Shown here: positions 47,567 through 58,632 of the stretch, in pieces | Numbering within the stretch: position 1 is the first letter of the stretch | Layout: the number at the start of each line of letters is the position of its first letter | Assembly: GCA_977018835.1 (NCBI GenBank) | Contig: OZ361256.1 | Location: 3,968,001 to 4,032,000, forward strand | DNA length: 64,000 bases | From: Minutocellus sp. GHC0000111 | Lineage: Eukaryota | Direction: 5' to 3' | Program-made: the position numbers and the translations under genes | The notes under the pieces: generated by a model | Told to the model about the DNA's origin: nothing | Seen by the model: the letters and a program-made list of their open reading frames with translations, nothing else | Databases searched by the model: none

Positions 47567-48060
47567 TAGCTGCTGCTGCACAGCAAACTTCTCCTCGAGA
47601 CAGCCTTGCTTGCACATTTGACCACCGGAGTGGTAGCTACTGGCTTGGATGGCGCTCTTCAAATATATATTTTATGTACATCCTTACTTACATATTATAA
47701 AGTCAGCAAAAGAGCTTACTTACATATCTACATTTTTATAAATAAAATAGTAAAATGAAACTGGGTCCCAACACATGCATTCTTTCAGGTGTGCAGATAT
47801 ATCCGTTAAAATGAATTGCACAACCCATCTCGTGTGTGTCTGTTGTCTGAATTCAGACCAGCGTCACGTATTGCATGTATGGCAATTTTCTTTTATCAGA
47901 TATATATATATAAAGCTCTATACGATGTAAGGCATTCTAGACACAAAATGCCGATTTTTCACTGGTGTGTCAAACTTACACTTACTTTTATTTACACTAT
48001 AATATACGCATGTGCGATGCACCCGTGCCGTAAGGCATCTTTTCTGCATGTGTGTTCATC

Positions 48061-48288
48061 TCAAGCTAGCTTGCTAGCTCTAGTCATAACACACGTGCAG
48101 CCCGATTGTTGTCGACCGAAAGCAGGAAAAGCAGACAGAAGAATTATTGCGCGACATTTCTTTTCCTCTTGTTCTTGGCACGGATGGATGGCAGGTCGAG
48201 GGCCCTTTGATTCCATTTTCGAAGGACGGACTCTTTGGCTATCCGTTGCGCCGGTGGTGGTATTGATCGAAGATGATAAGCAGATCAT
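48061..48288 (-). pseudogene. Internally deleted paralogue of 49886-50209
   Basis: MICLSSSINTTTGATDSQRVRPSKMES joins directly to KGPRPAIHP. About 185 bp containing the motif are missing. Confidence 0.6.
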
Positions 48289-48673
48289 AGTTGCGATGTA
48301 GAAACTTCTACATGTGTTCACTTAATAATGAGGAAAAGCCGAGAAGGACAATGTTGCAACGCGCCTGCGTCATCAAGGTCAATTGAACCCGGAGGTGGTC
48401 GGCGAGTTGTGACTTTTGCGGTTTCGCACTGAGCACAGGTGCAAAATGGGTGGCGGCAATTTGTCACTTCGCCATCAAGAATTTCATGACAAGAATTTTA
48501 TGGGCCGCAGCAAGCACAGATGCACCAGATGCCACGAGCATCAGCCACCAGACGCGACTCTCCCTGCATCAGCACAAACAAAACTGACGCATCACGCCGA
48601 GGTCAAGAAAGCAAGCTCAAGACTGATCAGTCGGATCCTACATGTACCCAGAGAGCAAGAAAATCAAATCAAA

Positions 48674-49219
48674 ATGCCCAGCCCAACATCATCTTTCGAT
48701 TGTATCGCTGCCGGCGTTCCTGAGAGCGCTGCACTGTCGTCTTCATCGAAAGATACTTTCAAGAAAGATGATGGCATTTTCGAAGATTCGCTGACTCCGA
48801 AAATATCCTACAGAGTATCATGCGAAAAGCACCCGTACACGCTTGGACTTTCCATGTTTGAAGACGAAAGCGACTCTGAAAGTGACGAAAGCGACGACAA
48901 TGGAGACAACGACGACAATTTTAGATACGATGAAACCACTATCCCCGGCTTCAGCTGCCAAGATCGAATCATGTCTACCCTCGAGCAAGCACAAAGTGCA
49001 ACGTTCAGTGAGCCCCGTGCCTCACTTCAACGGAATGAAAGCCGACACAAGACTCGAGCAACCAAGAAAGCTCTCCAAAAATTTGCCAGGCTCGAAGAAA
49101 AGATGCTTGTAGATCTAACTCTTGGGCCCACCCTCTCGAAACGATTGCTGTCCCACGCACATGAAACGTCTGCCAGGAACTGTCAAAAGAGCCATGTTCG
49201 CACTACCGATGAAAAATGA
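48674..49219 (+). CDS. Orphan YRxSxExHxY-motif protein, copy 2
   Basis: MPSPTSS...YRVSCEKHPYTLGLSMFEDESDSESD...TDEK*; intact ORF. Confidence 0.7.
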   Translation: MPSPTSSFDCIAAGVPESAALSSSSKDTFKKDDGIFEDSLTPKISYRVSCEKHPYTLGLSMFEDESDSESDESDDNGDNDDNFRYDETTIPGFSCQDRIMSTLEQAQSATFSEPRASLQRNESRHKTRATKKALQKFARLEEKMLVDLTLGPTLSKRLLSHAHETSARNCQKSHVRTTDEK

Positions 49220-49885
49220 TAGCTGCCGCAGTAAACTTTACCTCGAGACAACCGTGGTTCAATATTTGGTCACCGAAAGCTAGCAGTGCTACATCCTTAT
49301 CCTTATCCTATATAGTCCATGACACCCTGCACGCGCTAGCTAGCAGTGCTGCATGTAGAGACTAGTTGCGAGCGTGGCGCTTTGGCGCTCTTCAAATATA
49401 TATTTTATATACATCCTCACTTACATATTACAAGTCAGCAAAGAATTGCTTGCATGTCTACATTTATAAAATAAAATAGTAAAATGAAACTGGGTCCCAA
49501 CATACATTCTTTCAGCTGTAGGAGGGTATCGCATAAGAGTGTGCCTTAAAGATCTTGGCGAGCTAGGGTTTCGGCATTCTTTCAGCTGCAGACATATCCG
49601 GTAAAAAATATTGCGCAACCCATATCGTGTGCCTCTTTTCTGGATTCAGACCAGCGCCACGCATTAGGGCACTCTAGATACAAAAGGCCGATTTTTATGT
49701 TTACATGTACCAGTATGTCAAATTTACACTTTTATTTACACTATATACACACACATGCGATGCACCCGTGCCGAAAGGCATCTTTTCTGCATGTGTGTTC
49801 ATCTCAAGCTAGCTTCCTAGCTAGTCATAAATTCACGTACCGGTACAGCCCCATTGCCGGCCGAAAGCAGAAAGTACCAGAAGAA

Positions 49886-50209
49886 TCATTGTGGTATTTC
49901 TTCTCCTTTTGTTATTGGCGATGTTGGATGGCAGATCGAAGGCCCTTGCTTTTTGTCGTGATCAGTCAAACTTGCAAGTTCTGGTTTTGTTGCTTGATCG
50001 TCAACATTGTCGTTGTGCTCATTGATATCGTCGTCTTCGGCGTCATCGATGATATCGTCAAAGATGGTGAGGGCGTACGAGTATTGATGCTGCTCGTTTG
50101 AGATGCGATACGGCGGCAGCGAATCAGGTGATTCCATTATTGAAGAACGGTCTCTTTTGCTATCCATTGGGCCGGTGGTGGTTTTGATCCAAGATGACGA
50201 GCTGATCAT
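49886..50209 (-). CDS. Orphan YRxSxExHxY-motif protein, copy 3 (short)
   Basis: MISSSSW...YRISNEQHQYSYALTIFDDIIDD. Confidence 0.55.
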   Translation of the reverse strand: MISSSSWIKTTTGPMDSKRDRSSIMESPDSLPPYRISNEQHQYSYALTIFDDIIDDAEDDDINEHNDNVDDQATKPELASLTDHDKKQGPSICHPTSPITKGEEIPQ

Positions 50210-50806
50210 AGTTGATGTATGTTGATGCACTTGAAAATAATGAAAAGAAGTCGAGAAGGACAATGTTACAACGCTGCGAATGGCACTGATGTAGTAGGAA
50301 AACAATCGCTGCTGTTTGGCAGCGCCGGTGAAAACTGGAAGACAGAGTGGGATGTCAGCTGAAGCTCTGGACCTCCGAATGAACAATGTCTTTGAGGAGT
50401 AGCCATCGCGCGACTTGACCAATTCCCGTCTTGGCGTCTCACCAAGACACCGTCCCTTGCCCAAACACAGCGGCCGTTTTCGCAATAAGTAACCTCTTGG
50501 GTTGGTTTTATCAGTCTGACACTTGGGCGCGGGTCAGTACTTTCTCCTCGAAACCTATTTTGTACCTGTGCTAGCCATCGACGGCCCTTTCATCGCATCT
50601 TGCTTTTCATCACACATTCCGGCCTTGCCATCTGCGTTCGCCAGCGCAGGCCCAATTTAAAGGCGGCACCAACCTTGACGCAACCGGATACGTTCTCTTC
50701 GCAAATCTTCGCACAATCCAGCGCCGAAGAAAGCACACCACACTTGCGGCAACTTCATCGCTCTACACTATATTCAACAAAAGCCAAAAGAACCGTCCAG
50801 CCCACC

Positions 50807-51307
50807 ATGACCAGGCCATCGTCAGCAAAAACAAAAACAACGACAACACGAAGCATCGGTGACCAAGACATCCCGGGCCGCACCATGCCACCAATCAGGC
50901 CATCTGGTCTAACCACCTCTCGACGACCATCATACCGCCTCTCTTGCGAGAGACATCCATATACGCTGGGCCATGTCATGTTCGACGACAGCGATTCCGA
51001 CAGCGACGACGAAGAGGACATTATGCCAGGCTACAATGATCTCAACTTCAGCGCTCGTCGTCGCGATCGATCAGCCACGTTGGAAAGTATGAGAAGACGA
51101 CTGGCACAAATACATGTAGAGCAAGACCTTGCTCCTACTGCGAAAGAAACTTCTGGTGCAAAGCACAATCTACCGCTCGACGACACTGCCATCAAAAAGA
51201 ATGCTCGGACGGAACCTTCTCGATCGTCTGTGCTGCCGGAGATGTCCCGGGTCTCCTCGAACGACCTGGGGCACAAGAAAAAGCCACACGCCCAAGACGC
51301 AAAATAG
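50807..51307 (+). CDS. Orphan YRxSxExHxY-motif protein, copy 4 (divergent)
   Basis: MTRPSS...YRLSCERHPYTLGHVMFDDSDSDSDD. Confidence 0.65.
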   Translation: MTRPSSAKTKTTTTRSIGDQDIPGRTMPPIRPSGLTTSRRPSYRLSCERHPYTLGHVMFDDSDSDSDDEEDIMPGYNDLNFSARRRDRSATLESMRRRLAQIHVEQDLAPTAKETSGAKHNLPLDDTAIKKNARTEPSRSSVLPEMSRVSSNDLGHKKKPHAQDAK

Positions 51308-51413
51308 AGGACGTGACCTCGATACCACGCTGCCGGGATGCATGTAAGCTAATCATAGTGTGCATACATGCTAATACATAGATCTACACATCAAGTTTCA
51401 CAAGTCTATCTAT

Positions 51414-53897
51414 CTACAACTCTCTAGAGATGTCATCAACAGGTCTCGGCTCATCTGCCTCTAAGCCAGTCTTGACGGCCAAATTCTGAAGAGCTCCGAC
51501 GGCTGCCTCGGCAATCTTCTCCTCGAGCACTACGGTATCGGCTTCGTCCATCCTCACACCATCTAGCTGTGTCTCACCTCCGGCATAGGCGCTGCCGTCC
51601 GGAGTCACGTGGACGACCTCTCGGACTATTCTCACGACGATTTCGGTAGGCACCGACGACCTCTGCCGAGGCATTGTGGCCGTTGGTGATTCCGAGGCAG
51701 CAGTGCCTCTTCGTCCACCACGTCCTACCAATCGCTTGAGCAAGGGGACCGATGCCATGGTGGGCGGCGTTGCCGGAGCAAAGACAAAGATGTAGATGCC
51801 GTAGCAGCTGAAGCCACCGATGACGGCACATCCGAGCAAGAACCACAGGATGAGGATCCAAACCACCATCCTGTTGCCAAGGATGCCGCGGGACGTTCGT
51901 GAAGTCGAACGAGCTTCGCCACCGACTCCAATGCCGGCCCGTTCCCTGGACCGTCTCGATACGTACGCCTCGAGTCGGCTCTTGAGGGTGTCCTGACCGT
52001 GTTCGTTGCCAGCACCGGCCGCTGCGGCAGCCCGAGAGTAGAACTTGCGCTTCAAGGGTGCATTGGACGAGGCAGCCGTCCGTTCCTCCTCGTCCAGAAT
52101 GTTCGATACAGCCTCGGCCTGCCTCTCGGACGATATCTGATCCACAAGCCTGTAGAATTCCGATACGCTCGAGGCTTCTTCGATATCCACCACTTCGCCG
52201 CCACCTTGTCGTTGCTGCTGCCGCACTTGCCGGCCACGATTCCGCTTCTGCTCTTCCTCCATTGTCCTGGCTCGTTGCGATATCCGTCGTCGTAAGAACT
52301 CGACGTCGCATGCCTCGTTGGCGAAAGATGAATTCTTAGGCGCACCGTCGCCAGGGTTGTCGTTGGCCATTCTACCATCGCCACCGCCATGGTCACCTCC
52401 ACTCCCAATCGAAGAGCAGCCATCGTCATGGTCATGATCCCTGATGCCATCACCGGTACTGGGCGGTTCCAGCCCGTCGCCGAGCTCATCATCGCCATCG
52501 CCACCACCACCCGTCGGAGATTGGACCACCACCCTGCTGGGCAGCGACATGGTGCCGTCGACATCGACGTCATGTCGGCTGGCACCATCGTCGTCGGCAT
52601 CGTCGTTCTTCCCATAAATGCGATACGCATCGCCAAAACTGGCCAGTATCGCCCCCTCGATGCCACCCCCAGCGGCCTCGCCGTCCAATGGAGCATTTCC
52701 TTCGATCGCGTCGCCTTCCGGCCCGTACAACCGGGCGTTGCGCCTTGCCCGCTCCCTCCGCCTTCTGGCCGCCTCGGCCCTGTCCTCGTGGTTGCTGCCA
52801 TCCTTGCCATCATCCTGCCGCTGTCCACCATTGCCGTGCGGTTGCTCCCCCCTCCGTCTCCTCCTTCCAGCTGCACCAGCACCCGTCCCCTGCTCCCTCC
52901 AAACCCCATGCTCCATCTCCAACGCATGGCACAGGTACGCACAGCACTCGGCCAACCCCACCGTAGTATCCCTGGACACCCACAATTCCACCCCCGTCCA
53001 CACCATCTCCACTACATCGTTCACCAACCTCTTGGCGGCACCGGTGCCCGCGGCATCTAGAAGGCGACAGCCCAACACCGCCAGCTGGTCCAACAGAGCG
53101 TGGACTTCGGGCGTGTGCAGCGCCTCCCCCCCCTTGATCAGGGTGGCGGTCCCTTCTATCAACGCTCGGCGGGCGGAGGGCGTCGCCGCCACGTCGACCA
53201 GGTCGCCCCCCACTCGCCCCGCGGTGCCGCGGAATTGTTGTCCCTTGGGGCTGGAGATCACGACCTCCCACAGATGTCCCACGCTCTTGGTGCATATGGC
53301 GCACCAATCCTTTATGCGGGTGGGGGTGGCGGCCTCCCAGATATCGGCGAGGCCGTAGCACAACGCGGGGAGGAGGACGGTCCGGGTGACGTGGAGGGGC
53401 GGGGCCAGGATTTGGGTGGTGGTGGAGAAAGAGGTTTTGGTGAGGAAGAGCAGGGCCGAGAGGAGGGGCGGGGTGAGCGTGGCGTGGAGGTTGTCGAGGA
53501 GGGCGCTGCCGTCGGCTGCGGGGTGGGGATTGGTCGTAACGGCGGCGTCGTTTGCTGCTGCTGCGTGATGATGTCCGTTCGAACGTGGTGCAGCAGCAGC
53601 GGTAGTATTGTCCGTCTCGGCAAGCCTCCGGCGGATGCTCCCCGCCGTGATATCGGACGACAGCACGCCCTGTGATCGATCGTCGTCGTTTGCTGGACCG
53701 TCGTTGCCAGCAACGCTACTCGAGGAGGCACGAGTGGCAGCCTTATTTCCGGCACGAGATGCGCCGCCGTTGGGAGGTGGAGTTGGGATCCAGCAGTCCT
53801 CGTCGTCTTCTTTGTCGTCGCCGGTCGCCGGACGGGTCGGCGTGCTGGGAGGGCCGCCAGCATCGTTCTCGTTCTCGTCGTCGGAGGGGGGGGGCAT
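51414..53897 (-). CDS. Hypothetical protein with helical middle domain and C-terminal TM segment
   Basis: Long ORF from MPPPSDD; hydrophobic MVVWILILWFLLGCAVIGGFSCYGIYIFVF. Confidence 0.7.
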   Translation of the reverse strand: MPPPSDDENENDAGGPPSTPTRPATGDDKEDDEDCWIPTPPPNGGASRAGNKAATRASSSSVAGNDGPANDDDRSQGVLSSDITAGSIRRRLAETDNTTAAAAPRSNGHHHAAAANDAAVTTNPHPAADGSALLDNLHATLTPPLLSALLFLTKTSFSTTTQILAPPLHVTRTVLLPALCYGLADIWEAATPTRIKDWCAICTKSVGHLWEVVISSPKGQQFRGTAGRVGGDLVDVAATPSARRALIEGTATLIKGGEALHTPEVHALLDQLAVLGCRLLDAAGTGAAKRLVNDVVEMVWTGVELWVSRDTTVGLAECCAYLCHALEMEHGVWREQGTGAGAAGRRRRRGEQPHGNGGQRQDDGKDGSNHEDRAEAARRRRERARRNARLYGPEGDAIEGNAPLDGEAAGGGIEGAILASFGDAYRIYGKNDDADDDGASRHDVDVDGTMSLPSRVVVQSPTGGGGDGDDELGDGLEPPSTGDGIRDHDHDDGCSSIGSGGDHGGGDGRMANDNPGDGAPKNSSFANEACDVEFLRRRISQRARTMEEEQKRNRGRQVRQQQRQGGGEVVDIEEASSVSEFYRLVDQISSERQAEAVSNILDEEERTAASSNAPLKRKFYSRAAAAAGAGNEHGQDTLKSRLEAYVSRRSRERAGIGVGGEARSTSRTSRGILGNRMVVWILILWFLLGCAVIGGFSCYGIYIFVFAPATPPTMASVPLLKRLVGRGGRRGTAASESPTATMPRQRSSVPTEIVVRIVREVVHVTPDGSAYAGGETQLDGVRMDEADTVVLEEKIAEAAVGALQNLAVKTGLEADEPRPVDDISREL

Positions 53898-54424
53898 CGT
53901 TGATGGGCTGGACTGGCTAGCTAGTCTAGCTACGTAGTAGTACGAAAGTGCCGGTCCGTTCCTTCGCGAGAACACGTTGCAACGTCGCCAGCCATTTTTG
54001 TGCACCACGCATGGCGCGCGAAAAAAAAAATGACCGAGTCGAGTCCCGGAAACTAGATCTATTCGCAAATCAAATCTCAGTCCCGATAATTTTTTGTGTG
54101 AGCTACTTCAGTTCGTATCGTACGTACGAGGAATGAGACTTTCGGATGGCGTCTGCACGGCGTCACAGCGACAGCAGAGGATGACCCCCGCGTTGGGCAA
54201 TTGGATCCAAGCACAATGAGGAACAGAACCGCAACAATTGCCCAGCCGTAAGAGGAAAGCATCCGCGTTCCCTCCTCCAACGCCACCCCCACCCGCTTAG
54301 TTATTGTACATATTACATCTCAGAGGTAGCTGGCTGGGTCTCTGAAGCGATATCCCACATTTCCAGCACGTGCGAAGCATTGGTTGTAAGTCTGTCGAAT
54401 TTGCCTCATTGTTGCCCCGCTACA

Positions 54425-55392
54425 ATGCTGTCCGCCGGTGCCGCCAAGGGGAAGCTGCTGGGCTCCGCCGTCCTCCTCTTCGCCGGCGCAGCCACGATGA
54501 TGTCCTCCGATACCATCCTGTCCATGTCCGGCGGCATCCAGCGCCGTCTGCAGGGTGCCACCGAACCCCTCCGTCGTCTGGCCACTACCGACTACGGCAG
54601 CGTCGGCAGCGGATACTGCTCCGCCTTCGGAAGTGCCGCGCATTCGGCCTCGGTGATTGGGCCGACGGCCGGCGTCGTGTCGTCCTCCCCGGAGGACTGT
54701 TCGGCCAAATGCGACGCCGAATCCACCTGCGTGGCCTTTGAGTACGACAGCGACTATGCCACTGCCACCTCCGGCTTTTTGCCCTGCACAATACCTACGG
54801 TGCCTGCTCTCGCAAGTGGTATGACTACGACAAGTCGATCGAGGCTGCCGCTACCGAGCACAAGATTGTGGAGGGGGCTGCTGCCAGTCCTTCTCACCGA
54901 CGGCTCAAGGCCGGTGATGAGCCCGCTGTGGACCTTTTGGAGGGCAACGACGAACCATCACCGCTCGACCTTCTTCTCAAGAGTCATGGCAAGATGCTCA
55001 ACCCCGAAGAATGCGATGCCTGGATCTCGGAGCGCGTTACCAACGGCGACCTCTTTGACCAGCGCGGTGGTTGGGCCACCATTTACATCATGACACCGCT
55101 GGTGAACTACCATCTGGAAGTTCGTCAGTCTGATCCCGAGACCAGTCCCTGCACCTACCAATCGCTGGACACCTGGATCAGCCAAATCACCGACGAGCTC
55201 CGGGCCGAGGAGTGGAGGGGAATTATTGGTGAGACCCGTACCTCCAAGGAGGAAGAGAATGGCAACCCGATCATGTACGACCGATTGGCCATCCTGGACT
55301 ACCCCGAGGATGAGGCCTACGAGGTCGATGGACCCTTTGGCACCTCGTTCGCTGCCAAGGAGGCCATTTCTACTTCTATCAAGTTGCAGTAG
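54425..55392 (+). CDS. Secreted or anchored protein with RRL motifs and a PAN/apple-like Cys domain; frameshift in the T run at about 54776-54780
   Basis: Hydrophobic N-terminus, IQRRLQ, PLRRLA, VGSGYC...CSAKCDAESTCVAFEY; continues in the frame of ORF 54868-55392 (SHRRLK). Confidence 0.55.
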
Positions 55393-55840
55393 GTAGAGGA
55401 TACACATACATATATCTATGAAAATTGTATCATGTAGAATTGCAGCTCAGCCACCTAAAAACATGGAAGGAGTTGCAGGACTAGCTAGCAAGTCATAAAT
55501 CAAATGTACACGGGCGTTGGTTGTCACCTGGCTACGCTGGATAAAAAAAGAGCACATACACCGAACATGTAGCAATCCTATGTGCATACATGTATCAAGC
55601 CAAGGCCTGCTTTACTAGGAAGGATATACAAGGAGGTAGGTCAATATACTACCTACGAAGAGAGTTTTTGTTACTGAGCTTCAGATCTTTACCACACAAG
55701 CAACGCATGTTAGTCTGTATTTCAGGAGTTGATCACTATGAGCAATCAATTGAGTAAAAGTTGTCGCAGTATCTGTCGTGGTACTTTGAGTTTGGTAATG
55801 CAATCTAGCTAGTATTGTGCCATTCACTCAGTCATGTATA

Positions 55841-56590
55841 TGTTAGTCCCAAAATGCGCACTGTCCCAGTTCGCGAACTGGGATCCCAGTTTGCGAACTA
55901 GGATTTATTTATCCCAGTTTGGAAACTGGGATCATAGGCACAATCTCAGTTTGCAAACTGGGATCAATCGAGAAATAATGAATATTTAGCATGGATGATA
56001 TCGCCTTTGCTTCTCCTCGCTTCATTTTTTCATAGTGAAGCAACACAGCCCAAACCTGGTCCAGACATCCAGACGACATTAGTGCCGGAGCTGATACTCA
56101 ATAAATTGGCATTAGCTGATACTAAATACATATAGTGAATAAATAATAATATCTAGCTAGCTGCTTCTGGCAAATATAAGTCATGAACTGTACATGCATC
56201 TGTGCTATGCCGGCATCATGTTGCTACTGTACCAGTACATGTAGCTTGCAAATTCAAGATATGATGCACAGTGCAACTTGTATTGTAGATAGATCTACCA
56301 GTACATAATCATTGTGCATGAGCCAACACCGGCAGTTACCATTCTGACACTTGCCGAGAATGCCAGTTTCCAAACTGGTATTCATTTTTGTTCCAGTTCG
56401 CGAACTCGTCTGGTTCCCAAATTCGGATTGGCGTGTTTATCTCAGTTTCCATTCTGGTAGTATCAGTGCGCAAACTGAGATCCTAGTTTGGGAACTGGGG
56501 CCCAGTGCGCAAACTGGGATAAATGAATCTCAGTTCGCAAACTGGGATCCCAGTTCGCGAACTGGGACAGTGCGCATTTTGGGACTAACA
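55841..56590. mobile_element. Non-autonomous TIR element (MITE), 750 bp, inserted in TA/(TA)n
   Basis: Left TGTTAGTCCCAAAATGCGCACTGTCCCAGTTCGCGAACTGGGATCCCAGTTTGCGAACT is the reverse complement of the right end ...GGGACTAACA. TATA flanks on both sides; no credible ORF. Confidence 0.92.
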
Positions 56591-57261
56591 TATATATATA
56601 TATACATGTATGGCATGCATTATTTTTGCCTGCCTCTCACTGATCTAAATTCGATCCGCCCCAGAATCTTCCCTCCCTCAACTGAACCAAAGATAGGCCT
56701 ACATTGCCAGGTTGCTGAAAAATGCTTTCATATTTTAGCCACAGAAGGGTGTGGCGAAAGAGTGTCTACATGTAACATAATGTTAGCAGATGAACCAAGC
56801 ACTTCGATGTCTTCCCCATGTAGTTGCTGTGATTGCTCAAGACTCATGGTCGACAGCCATGCATAGTCCGTTTGACATTCTTGAAAATCTTGCCAGCGCC
56901 GCCCCCAACGAAACTTTCACTTCGACGGGACAACAATATGCCCCAAACCAACAAAGCTCCCATCCTAGCTACGTAGCTAGCACCACTTCCTATGATGTCT
57001 AAGCGGGGGATGGTGTGCTGCCTGGGCTACTGGACGATGATATGACTAATCTATTCTTTCTTGATTACATAAAGCACATACTACGTAGTAAATACAAGTA
57101 GTCACTTGAAATGGGCAATGCCGACATTTTAAAGTTTTTTAAGCATAAGAAGATACACACTGGTTAGGGGCCCACATTCGAGGCTCCTGCAATGCATTTG
57201 CAAAGCACATTCAACCTGATCTTTCTCCTATTCTCCAACAGCAAATCTGGGGATAAAGGCA

Positions 57262-58632
57262 TTAGTCTTCCATATCATCATTATTGTCACCACCACCGTT
57301 ACCACCGTTACCACCACCGCCACCACCGTTCCAACCGCCACCACCATCATCACCATCATCGTTGTCATTATGACCCCCCGGCGGCGGCGACCAATCGACC
57401 AATCCCGGCTCTCTGGCTTCGTCCAGAAGGATGACATCCTTGGCATCCAACCGAAATCCTCGTTCCACCAGCTTGTGGAAGGACGAGCTGATCCACACGT
57501 CGTATCCCCTCCTCGACTGGGGGTTGGAGATGCCAAATTCCCGGTACAGGTAGGCCTTGGAGATGTACCGGGGGTGGAATCCGATCTCGACCATGTCGTC
57601 CAGGAGGCGGAAGGCATCGTTCGAAATGAATTGCGCCCCCGGTATGGCCTGGACGACGCCCATCCCGGACAGGCGGGCCAGCAGCTCCCTCCCGGCGTCG
57701 CTCTCGCGGTTGACCGGCTTGAACTTGACCTCGTTCCGGAGGTAGCGGCAGATCATCCGGGGGGTGGCCCGGCGGATGCAGTCTTCCCCACCGGGCCGAT
57801 CCCGCAGGATGCTGAACTTGACCGTGTCGTGCAGACAAACGTCGGCATCCAGCACGTCCCGGAGGGGAAAGTGGTGGCAGATGCCCCGGCAAAAGTCGCA
57901 CGGATGGTCGGGATCCTCGGACGTGCGGTCCCGGCACAGGTCGCGGATCGGGCCGAGGTGAACGCCGGACACCACCCCGTACAGATCGAGGGTGTTGGAC
58001 AGCAGCCGCGATCGGAAGGCGCCGGCAAAGGCCGTGACGATGCCGCGGAACAATTCCACGTGATTGTCCGGCCCGTCGTTGATGAACGTGACGGAGTACT
58101 CCCTCCGCCGCGACCCCATGTGGAAGGGGGTAAATATTCGGCGCCGTCCCCCGACAAAGAATTTCTTGAGCATGGGAAAGGCCGTCAGGAACGGCACGAT
58201 CTGCGACGCGGCCGCCGCCGAGAACGATATGCGCTGCCGCTCCCCGTGGACGATGACCGACAGCAAATTCACCTCCTCGACGTGCGTGAATCGTCTGGCC
58301 GGAGGGATTTTCATCTCCTCAAAGTGATGGACGCTGATGCATTTGACATTGGCGGCGGCTTCGGTGGCTATCGAGCGACACACGGCGATTGTCGATCGGA
58401 CGTCGGAGTAGTGCATAAAGTCCATGATGGACCCCCAAAGGGGTGGGGGCAGACGTTGGGCCGGAGAGATGTCGTCGTCGTCATCGAGTAATATTGATGC
58501 GTCCGATTTGCCCAGTGTGTCGGCCGAAAGGTTGTCCAGCTTGCGCTTCTTCGTGGCGGGTGGGGAGGACATGGTGGCAGCTGCTGGTGCTGGCGGTGCT
58601 TGGAGGATAAAGGGACTGCTATTCGTTGGCAT
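57262..58632 (-). CDS. Hypothetical protein with F-box-like N-terminus and G/N/D-rich tail
   Basis: LPPPLWGSIMDFMHYSDVRSTIAVCRS; CDFCRGICHHFP. Start at 58632 or 58572. Confidence 0.7.
   Translation of the reverse strand: MPTNSSPFILQAPPAPAAATMSSPPATKKRKLDNLSADTLGKSDASILLDDDDDISPAQRLPPPLWGSIMDFMHYSDVRSTIAVCRSIATEAAANVKCISVHHFEEMKIPPARRFTHVEEVNLLSVIVHGERQRISFSAAAASQIVPFLTAFPMLKKFFVGGRRRIFTPFHMGSRRREYSVTFINDGPDNHVELFRGIVTAFAGAFRSRLLSNTLDLYGVVSGVHLGPIRDLCRDRTSEDPDHPCDFCRGICHHFPLRDVLDADVCLHDTVKFSILRDRPGGEDCIRRATPRMICRYLRNEVKFKPVNRESDAGRELLARLSGMGVVQAIPGAQFISNDAFRLLDDMVEIGFHPRYISKAYLYREFGISNPQSRRGYDVWISSSFHKLVERGFRLDAKDVILLDEAREPGLVDWSPPPGGHNDNDDGDDGGGGWNGGGGGGNGGNGGGDNNDDMED

Larger units (their letters stand above)
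46727..50277. repeat. Diverged tandem segmental duplication (about 46727-48362 and 48367-50277) of a convergent two-gene cassette
   Basis: Colinear matches, including non-coding DNA: 46727/48367, 47650/49385 (gcgctcttcaaatatatatttt), 48017/49760 (atgcacccgtgccg...), 48320-48362/50230-50277. Confidence 0.9.

Noticed and set aside
54077..54292. Selenoprotein S-like fragment (LSSYGWAIV + TM)
   Set aside because: Only a few residues of resemblance; no coiled-coil or C-terminal continuation found.
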